Positions 41,501 to 57,573 of a stretch of 64,000 nt of DNA are shown here, one piece after another. The position numbers and the translations under genes were made by a program. How positions within the stretch are numbered: position 1 is the stretch's first letter; the number at the start of each line of letters is the position of its first letter. The stretch is from the human T2T-CHM13v2.0 reference genome, Homo sapiens. Below the pieces are notes generated by a model. That model was given only the letters and a program-made list of their open reading frames with translations. It was not told the DNA's origin and did not search any database. The stretch is taken from NCBI RefSeq assembly GCF_009914755.1, contig NC_060927.1. One strand, written 5' to 3'.

Positions 41501-42249
41501 ATAAATGCTCTATAAAACTGAATTTGGGGAGAGTATTTGGTAGGAGTGGCTCTGGATATCTGTTGTTCAGGGTAGCTAGCTTGCACTTAAACCTTTATCT
41601 TTTATCTGAAATGGGAATATATAGTTATTTAAATGCAGGGTGGCCATAGGGTATATACGTTCAGTCTTCAACCATATATGTAATTAGGGGATGCAGGCCA
41701 GCAGAAGAATTGCCCTTAGATGCACAGGTCAAGAGCAGACCAGCAAGGTTAATCTGGGTCCTCAAGGCTAATGGTTTGGGGATTCATAGGCAGGTAGCAA
41801 AGCCCCTCCCTTACATGCCATACATGTATGCCAGGTGAGGGCTGCAGGAGCTGTGGCCAGCGCTTATGTATATTGGTCTCTAGTTGAATTCTCAAGCCCC
41901 TTTGATTTCCTCCCTCATTGTGTTTTCATCGGTGACTTTGCTTCTCAATGACACACTGTCACCAGCGGTGCTGGGAATTGTGGCAGAGTCCTTTTTGTTA
42001 GAAAGCATAAACTCATTAAATCACTTCAGTCAAATCACTTTTGACTGACTTTCATTAAATACCCCTAACGTCCATTCTAAAGAGCCTTGCCCCACCCCTC
42101 ACCCTTTTTGTTATGACAGTTCCTGGTGTCCTGCTCAGGTCCTGGTGTCTTTTGCTATGTATCTCAAACTCACTTTGCTGCCTGTGAGGAGTTCATCACA
42201 GAAAACGTGCTCTCTGATAGCATTATCTAAGCCAAAGAAAGCTTCAGAG

Positions 42250-42480
42250 ACAGCATAATGCGATGGTTAACACTGCAAGTGCTCTTCCATGCTTCCTGGG
42301 TACACATCTGGCTTCCTGCTTACTGGCTGCATGACTGTAACATGCTGCTCAACCTTTCTGTGGCCCACTTAAATCCTCTGTAAAATGGGTGATTGATTGT
42401 TGTGAGGTTTCAAAGACATAATGCACATAAAGAATATTTTATGTAATTGACATGTCCTAAAACTTAGTAAATATTTTCAC
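42250..42480 (+). mobile_element. MIR
   Basis: gcataatgcgatggttaac...cttactggctgcatgac...ctctgtaaaatggg...gttgtgagg...agtaaatat. Confidence 0.75.
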
Positions 42481-42608
42481 TGTTGTGATATTTTGGGCTA
42501 GCAGGTCTCTGTGCTGGGTTTTGCCATAGTTGTCACTGACATTTGATTTGCACCATGCCTCCTCAGAGTTAACCCGTGATCCCATCCCTTGCTATTATAA
42601 GGTTCAGG

Positions 42609-42648
<40 letters not shown>

Positions 42649-42784
42649 ATTTATATTTTATTATATATTTTTATATATTTATATTTATATTTTATTATAT
42701 ATTTATATTATATTTATATTTATTTATATATTTTTATAAATATATAATATATATATTTTTATAAATATATATATATTTTTTTTT
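42609..42784. repeat. 176-bp pure A/T low-complexity tract
   Basis: No G or C between 42609 and 42784; (TA)n followed by TATTTA-type units. Confidence 0.97.
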
Positions 42785-43608
42785 GCAGAAGAAATACTCC
42801 CACAAACTTCCTCTATAAAATGAATGATTGAATTAAATAATCATGTAGCTCTCTTACAGCTCTAAAATTCAGTGCCTTGGTAATAAAATATCACTTCTTT
42901 GTAATTTCATGGTGATTTATAATTTGCAAAATACATTATAACAGCACAAGTATAATTTAACTAATGAAATAAAAATGAGGATCCAAGAGTTGAAGGAACT
43001 TGTTTAGATCTCATAATTGTCATGAAAGCAGTTACTTATTTTTAAATAGACAATAACAAAATCATTTCGGTGACTTTTTACAAATGAGAGAATGTGGATA
43101 CTCTTAAATCCTCAAAAAGCAGCCATTGTCGTCAATAATATATGTTGATGTTTAGTAACCATGAACCTCCGAGGTAGTTTTCTTTGTAATTTTTTAGTGG
43201 AAGATTAGCACATCTTCCATCCTGGCCTCTAGCATATTTTCTGACAAACCCCTCGTTGATTGTATCACATACCTTTTATCCATGGATTTGGTACGAAAGC
43301 CCTATTGGGCCCACAAATCTTTCGGTTCTTTTGTAATTTACATAATCCAATCAACAGGGGCACAGAAACACCTTGTTCTGAAAGAAGGAGTGAAAGGGAG
43401 TAGAGGATGCTGACACCAAAAACCTAGGGCACTAACTCATATTTTATCTCTGAATATAGTACTTTGAAACTCTAGTGTCTTAGGAAGGTTTTCTGTTCAT
43501 AGCTGATTTCACTTGATCCATTCAAAAGTCAAGCATTTTTGTACTCTTACTATATAACTTAAAATATATTATAGCATGGGGTGTTTATACCAATCCTTGA
43601 GGGGTTAA

Positions 43609-43989
<381 letters not shown>

Positions 43990-46900
43990 AAACATTGCTT
44001 TTTTTAATAAAAGACTTTCATATACTTTATCTCACTTGAACCTTTAGACAACTTCTGCAAAGGGAAAGGTAGGGAGGATTCTCCATCTTGTATCAGTGAA
44101 GGCTCTGGGGCTCTGAGGTTAAGCAGCATTCCAGGTTTCCATGGCATTAACTGTCCCAGGCAGGGATGAAGCTCTCTGAGACGTGCCAGTCCATTTCTCT
44201 CTCCATTGCCATCGCTGCTGTATTGTTACTCTCCCTTTATATTCATTTTTAGTGAAGGAAACAAAACAGCAGTTGTCACTTTCCTTTCCCAGTAGTTTCA
44301 TTATTTGCTGTCACCAGTTCTGTTGCAGGATCCTCTATTGTAATATTGTCTTCAGATTTTAAAAAATGTATCTCTACATATTGGAAGAAAGCACTGTGGT
44401 GGAAAATACAGGAAAACTGTGTACAGACCTGTTAAATGGAAATGTTTTCATAATTTTTAGTTAGTTTTATTTGTATTTTACTAATGAAATTTAGTAAAGA
44501 TGTCAATGTCAATCTTTCTTACTACGGAAATAAGTTAAATTTTGCCAACTAGTGGAAAAAAAGTTTCTGTGGCATTTTTTTTTTTAAGGAATACAGGATT
44601 GATACAAGAATGAGAGCATTCATATTATAAGAAATATAAGTTTTGTGGTTTTTTTTGAAATAAAAATTTGGTTTATGAGAGGCTTAAAAAATGAATAAAT
44701 TCCCTTCTTTCCTGATAGTTTCTGTCGTTCCCTTGGGGATTAAAGGAGTGTGAATCTATCCTACAGCCACTTCCTCTCTGAACTGTAGATGACACATCAG
44801 GATGTGATTTGGGGTAGATCAAGCCTCAGAGTCGAATCTCAGTGTCTAGCCGTAGAGGTGGTATGATAGTATGATAATTCCACATGTCCTGCCTTCTGGG
44901 CTTTTTGACATTCATAGCATTTCTAAACAAGTGAAGGATTTATCTTAAAAAATAAAATTTTAGTATTTTCTTCATTATTCGTGAGCTTTAATTCTTTCCA
45001 TTAGAAATTATGTCATCCCCATATTTAGAGCAATGAATAATTGCATAACTTTTAAATTGTGTATTTGATGGTATGGTGTATATTGAAAAGAGAATGAGAA
45101 ACTATCCCCTGAATAGAGATTTAGTGATTCAAGCCATCACTTTCTAAAATATACGCACTTCAGAGTGAAAGTTCAGTGTCAGAACTTCATAGAGTGTCTG
45201 GCCAGCTAGAGTTAGGTATTTCATGGAGAGATGATCAAACAATTGAACAGAAAATACAGCAACCAGAAGAGTTTTTCACTGTGCATGTTCAGAAGACTTC
45301 ATCATTTTTATTATCATTTTATATCAAGCCATTTTATAAGTAGAGATGTGTCTAGAGGATTGTTTTCATTTCCTTTTAGCTCATTGAAAGTCATACAGTG
45401 TCACTTTAGTAATTCTCTTCTTGCCCAGTGGGGATAGAAACCAGTTTTGGGCCACGGCAACTATATAGAAGTATTTTCATAGAGTTACAGATTCATTAAA
45501 TGAGACCCTCTCTCCTCCCCTTAACACCCACTGTGTTTCTGCTATAATGAGGATTTAAGCAACAGTCCCAACATGAACTAGCTCATTTCAGTACTAGGGA
45601 AATGGCTGTTGCATGGGTTTACCACCTCTGATTCTGCAACAATTGTTCTTTTTCTGACAGCTTCTTCTACCTCTTCCAGGCAGGCACAACTCTTGATGAC
45701 TTGAACCTCCTATGTTCTTTTTTTTTCCCCCCAGCTTGTAAAATTATGGTAAAATACACATAATATAAAATTTACTATCTTCACCGTTTAATGTTCTGTT
45801 CAGTAGCAATATGATGAAGTACATTCATATTGTTGCAACTGTCACCAGTATCCATCTTCAGAACTCATTTCATCTTGCAAAACTGAACCTCTATACCGCT
45901 TCACCAATAACCCCCCATTCCACTCTCAGCCAGCCCCTGAAACCACCATTCTACTCTCTGTCTCTAAGATTTTAACTTCACGAGCACATGGTAAAATTGT
46001 AATCAGATTGTATTTGTCTTCGCAACTGGCTTATTTTACTTAACATAATGTCCTCAAAGTTTATCCATGTTGTAGCATATGTCATGCTATATATATGTCA
46101 TGTTCTGCTTATCCGTTCTTGTTAATAGACATTTGGGTTCTTTCCCCATTTTACCTACTGTGGGAATAATGCTGCTATAAGTATGGGTGTAGAAATCACT
46201 CTTTTGGACCCTGCTTTCAGTTATTTTGAGTATATACCCAGAAGTGAATTGCTAGATAACATGGTAGTTCTATTTTTAATATTTTGAGGAACATTCATAC
46301 CATTTTCCACAGCAGCTGTACTGTTTCCATTCCTCACAACAGCACACGAGTTCTGATTTCTCCACGTCCTTGCCGACACTGTTTTTTGTCTCGATAATAG
46401 CCATCCTAATGGGTGCAGAGTGATAGCTCATTGTAGTTTTGATTTGCATTTCTCTAATGATTACTGATTTTGAGCATCTATTCATGTATGTATTAGCCAT
46501 TTGTATATATATATCTTCTTTGGAGAAATGTCTATTCAAGTTCTTTATTCATTTTTGAATTTGACTTTTTTTTCTTTTTGAGTTTTGTAAGGTCTCTATA
46601 TATTCTGAATATTAATCCCTTATCAGGTATGATTTGATAATACTTTCTCCCATTTTGAAGATTGCCTTTTTACTCCATTGATACTGTCTTTTGATTTTTA
46701 ATTTTTATGAAATTCAATTTGTCTCTTGTGTTATTTGTGCCTTTTGTGTCATATTAAGACATTCGTTGCCAAATTCAATGTCATGATGCTTTTGCATATG
46801 TTTTATTCTAATCTACAATTTTAGATGTTACCTTTAGGTCATGGATCCATTTCGAGTTAACTTTTATAATTATGCTAGGAAAGAGTCCACCCTTACTCTT

Positions 46901-48896
46901 TTGTGTGTGGATATTAAATTTTCCCAGCACCATTTGTTGAAAAGACTGTCCTTCCTGTATTAAATGATCTTGGTGCCCTTGTAGGCAGTGACTTGAACAT
47001 ATATCTGAGGGTTTATTTCTGGACTGTCTCTTATGTGTTATTATGCCAATAGCACACTGTTTTGCTTACTTTAGCTTTGTATTAATTTTTGAAATCAGGA
47101 AGTGTCGGTCCTCCACCTTTGTTCCTTTTTACTCAGGATTGTTCTGCCTATTTTAGGTCATTTCATATTCCATATGAATTTTAGGATAGGTTTTTCTACT
47201 TTTTAAAAAATGTCACTGGGATTTTGATCGGGACCGCATTAAGTCTGGATATCATATTGGTTAATATTGACATCTTAGTTATATTAAGTCTTGCATTCTA
47301 TGAACATGAGATGTCTACCATTTATTTATGTCTTCTTTAATTCCTTTCTGAAATGTATTCAAGTTTTCATTGTTCAAGGCTTTTAACTATTTATTCACGT
47401 TAATTTCTAAGTATTTTGTCTTTTATTTTTTGATGCTATTGTATATGGAATGATTTGCTTAATTTCCTTTTTGAATTGTTCATTGTTGATACAAATGTAA
47501 GTGATTTTTGTGTAGTAACTTTATATGCTCTACTTGGCTAAATTCACTATTTAGTTCTAATAGTCTTTGTGTCCAATCTTTAGGGTTTTCTACATATAAG
47601 ATTATGTCATCTACAAGAAGAGATGATTTAATTCTTTCTTTTTAATTTTGACACCTTTATTTTTTTTTCTTCCCTGATTACTCTGATGAGGACTTCCAGT
47701 ATTACACTAAATTGTTATGGCAAAAGCTGGTATTCCTAATCTTAGAGGAAAAGCTTTCAGTCTTTTATCATTGAGTATGATTTTCTCTGTGGGTTTCCAT
47801 CTGTGGCTTTTGCTATGTTGAGATAGTTTTCTTCTATTCCCAGTTTGTTGAATATTTTTCTTATGAAAGGATATTGAATTTTGTCAAATGCTTTTCTGTG
47901 TCAATTGAGAAGATAACTTTTTTTCCATTCTGTTAATATAATATATAACCTTGATTTGTTTGTTGAGTATCCGTTCGTTACAATAATAAATTTCACTTGG
48001 CCATGATATATCAAACTTGTAATATGCTATTAAATTTGACTTGGGATATTTGATTGAGGATTTTGCATCAATGTTTATTAGGGATATTGTTCTGTACTTT
48101 TCATGTAGTATCTTTGTCGGACTTTGATGTCACAGAATGAGTTAGGAAGTGTTTCCTTCTTTTTAATTTTTTGGAAAGATTTGAGGATAATTGTTGTTAG
48201 TTCATGTATCAATGTTTGGTAGAATTTACTAGTGAAGCCATGGTTCCAGATTTTTTCTTACTCAGATTTTGGATACTGATTCAATCTTCTTAGTATTCAT
48301 AGCATATTCAGATTTTTTATTTGTGGTTTAGTCTTGGTGCATTTTGTGTTTCTTGAAAATTTCGCTGTCATCTGGGTTATCGAATTTTTTGCCACACACT
48401 TGCTCATAGTACTCTCTTAAATCTTTTTTATTTCTGTAGAATTGTTAGTAATGCCCCTACTTTTATTTTTGTCTTTTGTAGTTTGAGTCTTCTCTCTCTG
48501 TCTCTCTCTCACTTCATCTAGCTAAAGGTTTGTCAATTTTGTTGATCTTTTTTAAGAACTGTTGGATTTTGTTAGTATTCTCTATTATTTTTCTATTCTC
48601 CATTCTACTTATTTCTACTCTTATCTTTATTATTTCTTCCCTTCTGGTAGATTTGGGTATGGTTTTTTCTTTCTTTTTTTCCAAGTTTCACAATCTGTAG
48701 ATTTAGGTTGTTGGTTTGACGTCTTTCTTATCTTTAAATTTAATGGTGTATAGCTATAAATTGCCTCGTTTGCACTGTTTTCACTGTTTCCCATACGTTT
48801 GGTATGTTTTCTTTCATGTTCATTCATTTTTAAGTATTTTTCTATTTCCCTTGTGATTTCTCCTTTGATCCATTGTTTGTTAAAGAGCATATTATT

Positions 48897-49505
<609 letters not shown>

Positions 49506-50207
49506 TTAATTACTGCAAATTTGTGAATTTTGCAGTTTTACTTATGTCTATTTATTTCTATTTTTATCCCATTGTACTCAGAGAAGATACTTTGTATGAC
49601 ATCTACTTTTTCAAATCTATTGACCCTTATTTAGTTTATGGGCTTATTCATGTTCTATCCTGGAACATGTCCCATGTGCACATGAGAAGAAGGTGTATTC
49701 AATTGTTGTTCAAGTCCTCTATTTCCTGACTTACCTATTGTTTGGCTGTTCTATCCACTGTTAAAAGTTGGACGTTGAAATCTCTATTATTATACAACTG
49801 TCTATTTCTTCCTTCAATTCTGGTAATTTTTGGTTTATATATTTTGATGATCTTTTATTAGGTGTGTATACATTTACAATTGTTACATATTCTTGATGTA
49901 TTGAGCCTCTTATTAATATAATGTTCTTCATCTCTTTTTTGTCTTTTAGCCTTTTTTGACTTAAAATCTATTTTCTCTGATATTTTGCTAGTCTGCTTTT
50001 TGTGGGTTACTATTTGCATGAAATGGTGTTTTCTGTCCTTTCATTTTAAACTGTTTGTGTCTTTGGATATAAAGTCTCTTGTAGACAACATATATTTGGG
50101 TTATGTGTTTTAATTTATTCTGCCAACCCGTCTTTTGACCAGAGAATTTAATTCATTTACATTTAAAGTAATTATTGATAAGTAGAGAATTACTTCTTAT
50201 TTTCCTA

Positions 50208-50575
50208 CAGATGCTCCTTAAGTTGTGATGGGGTTATGTCCCACTAAAACTGTCTTAAGTTGAAATAATTGTAAATTTAAAATGCATTTAATATACCTAA
50301 CATACCAAACATCATGGTTTAGCCTAACCTACTCTAAACATACTCAGAACACTTGCATTAGCAGACAGTTGGAAAAAAATCACCTAATATAAAGCTTATT
50401 TTATAATAAAGCTTTAATTATCTTATGTATTTTATTGTATGTTCTACTGAAAGTGAAAGACAGAATAGATGCTTCAAGTATCGTGTTTAATGAATGTGTA
50501 TCACTTTTACACCATCATATGGTAAAAAAATTGTAAGTCAAACCCTTATAAAATTTATAAGATTATAAAACCATT
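50208..50575 (+). mobile_element. MER47A-like (Tigger-derived) element
   Basis: ta|cagatgctcc...gatggggttatgtccc...aaatgcatttaatatacctaac...ctcagaacactt.cattagc...ttgtaagtcaaacc. Confidence 0.85.
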
Positions 50576-53500
50576 TATATTTATTTTCTATATGCTTTAT
50601 AGTTTCTTTGTCCTTTATTTCCTATATAATTTTTTTTGTGTATTCAATTGATTTTTTGTAGTAAAATATTTAAATTCCTACCTGATTTCTTTTGTGTATA
50701 TTCTGTAGCTATTTTCTTTATGGTTACAATGGGGGTTACATTTAACATCCTAACGTTATAACACTCTAATTTGAAGTCATACCAGCTTGACTTAGATAAC
50801 ATACAAAATTCTGTTCCTTTTTCAGTTGTTGATGTAACAAAATTACATCTTTATACATTGTGTACACAACAACATAAGCTAATAATTTAATACACTCATT
50901 TCTTAAATTGTAGAAAACAAAATTGGGCTTACCAATCAAATTACAATAATATGAGATTTTAAATTTGTAATTTAAAAAAATATTAGTTTCTTAAATCATG
51001 TAGAAAACAAAAAGTAAAGTCACACATCATGATTACAATGATGTTAGCTCTTATAAGTGTCTGCCTATTTGCCTTTTCTGACATCTGTATTTCTTTGTAT
51101 GATTTTTGAGTTACTCTGTAGTATCATTTCTTCTCAACCTGCAGGCTTCCTGTTAGCATTTCTTGCAGGAGAAATCTAACAGTAATAAAGAACTCTCTCA
51201 CCTCTTTTTTTTTTTTTCATGACTGGCATTTTGATTTTCTTTCTCACTTTTAAAATAAAATTTTGCCAGATGTAGGATTCGTGGTTGATAATTTTTTTTC
51301 CTTTTAGCACTTTGAATATATTGGCCCTCTGTTTTCTGGCATCTAAGGCTGCTGCTAAGAAAACTGGATAATTTTATTGAGGATCCCTTGTATGTGATGA
51401 GTCACCTCTCTTGCAACTTTCAAAATTCTCCGGTTGTCTTTGTCTTTTGACAGTTTAATTAGAAGGTGCCTCACTATTTGTCTGTTTGAGTTCATCTTAC
51501 TTGTACTTTTTTGAGCTTCTTGGATGTTTATACTCTTGGCTTTGATCAAATTTGGGGGAGTTTTTGGTGATTATTTCTTCAAGTATTGTCCCTGCCTTTT
51601 CTCTCTGTCTCATACTTCTGGGAATTCCATGCTGCATACTTTGGTATAGTTGATTGTGTCCCACAGGTCTCTTAGGCTCAGTTCACCTGTCTTCAATCTT
51701 TTTTCTTTCTGATTCTTAGACTAATTAATTTACTTTGACCTCTCTTCAAGTTTTCTGATTCTTTCTTTTGCTGTTAAATCTGTCTTTGAGTTCCTCTAGT
51801 GAATTTTTTATTTCAGTTATTGTAATTTTCATTTCCACAATTGCTTTTTTTTCTTTTTCTGTATTGATATTCCCATTTTATTCATGCATTGTTTTCTTAA
51901 CTTTCTCCTTGCTTCCTTTAGTTCTTTCAGCATGTTTAAGACAGTAGTTTTAAAGTCTTCGTCAGGTAGATCCCCCATCAGGTCTTTTTTAGAGACAGTT
52001 TCTGTTGGTTTATATTTTTGTTTTGAATAGACCGTGCTATCCTGTTTCTTTGTATGTCTTTTGATTTTTTGTTGTTGTTGAAAATTGCATATTTGAAACT
52101 AATAATGTAGAGCCCTGGAAATCAGACCTTTTCTCTTCCCCAAGGTTTACTGTTACCGTTTGTATTTTGTGGGGTTATTGTTGCCAGTCTCTGTGCTAAG
52201 TATTAGCTTTTTTTGTTAACTTGTGGTCTTAAGTATTTTCTGAGCCTGCATGTTTCCCTGGTTATGTGCCATGACTTTCTCATTTCCTCTGTTGTTTTCA
52301 AATGCCCTGGTTATCAAGGTCTGTCTCCCAAAATGAGAAAAAGTAAAAAATAAAGGAAGAAAAAAAAAAAAAGGACTGGCCTTTTGAGTCCCATGGAAGT
52401 CACTTCAGCTGGAGTGAGAGGGGCAACACTAATGATAGTTGCCCCTTTTTCTTTATGTGTGTGATTAAAAGCAGCAATTAATGTTCAGTCCACAGATCCT
52501 TGATATATGGAAGACAGGTCCTTTTTGCCCAGCTTGGATCATGTAAGCTGTATGCAAGCTGCTTCAAGTACATGTGCACAGATGCCTGCCAAGGATCTAA
52601 GAGGTGGGGTATAGGTAGTTGCTATTGTGCTGAGATGTAAACTTTACCTAAATTAACCACAACTTACCATCTAAAGCTTCCCTCCAGAAAGTAGACTCCT
52701 TTAATAGACTCTGGACTTCCAAAATAAGTTGTTGATATAGATGGTGGCAGTGCAATGGTTGTCTAGGTGGAAAGACAGATTTGTGGTGCCTCCTGCTTTG
52801 CCATATTCTCAGAATCCCTTTCACTTCCTTCGATTTTTACTAAGCAGAACTAACTTCCTTAATTCCTCTGCCATGCCTGCAACTATTCCTTTTCTCCCTT
52901 CTTTACCACCCCCTCCTCCTTTCTCCCTGTCTCTAAATTTAGGTTCCCACTCAGAGTTCTCACTTTGACCTTCCGTTTTCTCTCAGTAGATGTCACTACT
53001 CTAATAAGATCAACTTTGATCTTTCTTTATCTAATTATTTGAACTGCTTGTGACTTGGTACTGTGTTTTCCTTTGACAAGTTTTGTTTCATTTATCCATG
53101 AGATCTTTTCATAGATAACACCTGCCTTTTCACTTTCAATGTATCCCTAATTCTACTCATCATCTTACTCAAAGGCTTACATTCTGTTAGACATACCATT
53201 ATATTTTCTAGTCTTGCCAACTAAATCGTGTTCATTGATGATATATCTTGCTTTCTTTGTATATCTATCACCAAGGCTTACAGGATTATTTCAATCTCTT
53301 TATTTTCTTGCCCATCATCCTAGTTCATATCTTCTGGGTTACAACCTACTCATTGCCTTCATTCTATCTTTTTCACATTCCAACTGCATATCTGTAACCA
53401 CTTAGTGGTTTAAAAAATATTATTTTCTTCCTCTGGCTTTTCCACATTAAATTTCTCCTCTTGGTTTATTTTTCAGAGTACTCTATGACCTACCTCATCC

Positions 53501-53734
53501 TATGTAGCACACTGTATCTCCCACTGTGCTTTTTATACAGTCCTTGCTCTTTTGAAGCTCATATCGTCATTGTCAGCTTCATATGCCAAGCCAATTTTTC
53601 TTGTGTCTTTCTCAATACCTGATGGACCCTCATATCCTCATTTTTAGAAGCCTAACTCTACTATTTTACTCATACGTGTCTGACAACTGGATCATCTTGA
53701 TCTCTCTCTTCTCTGCATCCTCAGTCTTTTGATT

Positions 53735-53940
53735 GAGTCATGTGATGTGGTGGCATGAGCCCAGGGTTTAGGGCTAAGAAACCCTGCTCTGTTGCTTATC
53801 ACTGCATTTCCCATCTTTACATGCAAAAATGAGGATATTAATAACAATTTTTAGAAGGTTATTTTGAGGACCAATTAAGATAATGTAGAGTATCCAACAA
53901 CTGCTGGTTCAGAGTAAAGGCTACTATGAGTCAGTTAATA
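53735..53940 (+). mobile_element. MIR
   Basis: gtggtggcatgagcccagggttta...gcaaaaatgaggatattaataac...ggttattttgaggaccaattaagataatgta. Confidence 0.6.
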
Positions 53941-54139
53941 AATAGATTTATTAATGCTGTTTGATTTTTTCTGCCACTTAATATATACCCTTTTGTGGGG
54001 TAATGTAATCATTGCATGTACATTAATCTTGCCACCAAACTTTATTTTATAAGCCAGAATCATAAAATAACATGGGAGACTTGTAGAAATTATTTAAAAT
54101 CACAAATCGTAGAGCACCAGATTTGACATGGTCCTAACC

Positions 54140-54280
54140 CCTCTGCCCTTTCTTGTGATGAGGAAACTGGAGCCTAAATTTCTTAAGTGAACTGTTCATG
54201 GTGACACAGTTACTAGGAGAGCTGGTCCTAACCACAACTAGAGATTTCTGGACTCCCAGGCCTCTGCTCTTTCCATTACC
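54140..54280 (-). mobile_element. MIR
   Basis: gatgaggaaactggagcc...taagtgaactgttcatggtgacacagttacta...actcccaggcctctgctctttcc. Confidence 0.7.
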
Positions 54281-54311
54281 TTCTTGTTCATTTATTTTAG
54301 CAATTGCCTGA

Positions 54312-54660
<349 letters not shown>

Positions 54661-56794
54661 CATAACCTTTATTTTATTGCGAGAAGATAGAATAGCTACT
54701 TGATTGATATTTGTGGCTTGATTGATCTATTCTTTCTTCGACTGTGCAATAGGAATTCTCTGGGAAAGGACTATGAAGTCTGTATACTTATCACCCTTTT
54801 GATGCTTTTGGGGTTGTTGTAAGCATGCAAAGGGTTCATTGTGCACTGCTTCTGTATACTGACTCAGGGTGGTGGGGAGAGGAAATGGGAGAGGAAGTTA
54901 TATACATCTTGAGCAAATCAAGCTTTTCTATTTTTAGTCCTTGCTACTGTTTGGAAAGTACAGCCTCTGTTCATGGCAGTCTGGCATGTGTTTCCTTAGT
55001 GCCATTTCGAAAGGGGGAAAAAATAAATATGGGAATTTTTTTTTTTTGTAGTGAAAATAGTTACTCAGTGAAATCACATAAGTTTCCCGTTTTTCTCTTG
55101 ATGAAACCTCAAACCCACTAGGCACAGATTCCTCAACCTCAACTATGCATGTGAAAGGCTCATGCAGAACAGGAGACCAGAGTCAGCAAAACCTTGTATA
55201 GCAAGATAAGCTGTGGTGCCGCAGAGAAGCGCGGATGGGTGGCGGAGGTGGGGAAGGCAGGGAAGGGAATGGTGATGTTCTTTCATATTTAGTGGGGAAC
55301 TTGGCCAACTACCAGATCGTTGCCCCCTGGAAAAGGCTGAAACCTGAACTAAGATAAAGAGACACATAGCTTTGCAGCTTTTTGCTTAAGCTGTTCCTTT
55401 TGCTTCAGTTTCTGTCCTTGGTAAAAGTTTCCCTGACTGCTTTATAGCTACTCCCCCAATTCAAATAAATAATTTTTCTTTAATAGTTGTGATGGCATTT
55501 GGGAGATTTTTCCAATCTAAGGCTATATCATTAGGACACGATAAAGAGCCTTTTATGCTAGTAAATAAAATGATTTGATCTGTATTTAGATGGATTGCTA
55601 TAACATAGTGGTACTCAAGTGATCAGAAATGGTGATGACAGAGTGTCTTGGAGTCACCTTCAGGGGTCCATTGAGGCAGACAAGGACCTTAACCAAGGTG
55701 GTGGCCATGACCATGGAGAAGGGGAACAAGAATCAAAAGCAATTTGGAAAGAGGGGGCTTATGGGAAAGAGAAGAGTCCAGGATGCTTGGCAGGATTGTG
55801 ACTTTCTTCAGGGAGAATACATATCCTTCCTGTCCTAGTATGTGGCAAATGGAAGAATCCTTTGGAAAAAAATGAGGACTTTGAAGCAGGTGTGATGTGA
55901 ATGTTACTAGAGGAAATGTTGATACCAATGAGCAAATATTGCCCTTTGTTAATGAAAGGGACTATACAGTCTCCAGACATAAACAGCTCTGCCTAGACAA
56001 AATTGTAGCAGTAGGGTGAGAATAATGCATTGCTATAATTAATGCTAATTTGTGGATATTGCTGTATTGTTGTCATTGTTTTTTAATTGAATATGTATTA
56101 AGCTCCAACAGGGTGCTATGAATAATGCCAACTTATAGTTGATTTATGAGAACACTCAGAAGACTTTATTAACACCAGTAAATGGAAACTCGCACTCCTT
56201 CGAGGTGGTAAACGTCTTTGCCATTTCGACAGATGAGGAGAAGTGAAGTAGATTGTGTTTTCTCTGTTGGCACTGCGGGTGAGAACACAGAAACTGTCGA
56301 ATGAGAGAAAAGTATTTTCCTTGTCCCCTGGAATTGGGTTAGAATACATTAGTAAAGAATTCTTTAATGTGTTCAGAGTTGTGGGATTTTAATTAAATTG
56401 TTCCAGTTATTGTTAGCACTTGGATTAGCAACTGGCAACCAAATTCTAGGCCAGCAGATTTCAAATTTAGCATGGACAAGAATTGGGGTGAGGCCGATGG
56501 GTTTGTTAAATGCCAATTATTAGGCCCTGCCTTCAAAGGTTTAGATTTGGTAAATCTAGGAGGGGGCTTAGGAAAATCTTATGTTCATGGATATCGAAGG
56601 TGCTTCTGTCCTCAAAGGTTGCTAGCTTCCTTTCAAAACTCCAGTATTTTCTTATTTTAGGACGTATCTTTGGCCACCAAAATCTAGCTTCACCTGAGAC
56701 CAAGGGCTTTTTATTTAATAGCTGCAAATTCTCTTATAACACACCAAGTATAATCCTGTAATCCTCTTTTATACACAACATACCACCAGAAAAC

Positions 56795-56970
56795 ATGTGC
56801 AGAAGACTTACCGTATGCTTAGCATTCTAGTGGACACATGATTTCTACTACCTTATTTCACCTGGTCTCCAAAATATCCCTGTGGGGTTGGTATTATTGC
56901 TCCCTTATTTCATAAGAAGACACTAAAACTAAGAGTATACGACTTGGTCAAACATCACATCCAGTTTAAT
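56795..56970 (-). mobile_element. MIR
   Basis: ggtattattgctcccttatttcataagaagacactaaaac...gacttggtcaaacatcacat. Confidence 0.55.
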
Positions 56971-57140
56971 CCTTTCTATCTTAACCTGGTTAGGCATATA
57001 TTTTACTTTAAGTTTGAACAACAGGTGGGATTCTTTTTGGCACTGACAGAGTTTGCAGTTGACAGTAGAGACTGTAAACTCGGCTTAAGTGGACCCGTCC
57101 CATAAAGAAAAACATTCACATTGGAACAAGGGAGAGGTGA

Positions 57141-57573
<433 letters not shown>

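Noticed and set aside
55316-55336. CTCF-like core TGCCCCCTGG next to a G-rich, mildly CpG-containing patch (55215-55270)
   Set aside because: Only a partial motif match and far too few CpGs for an island; cannot be supported without ChIP data.
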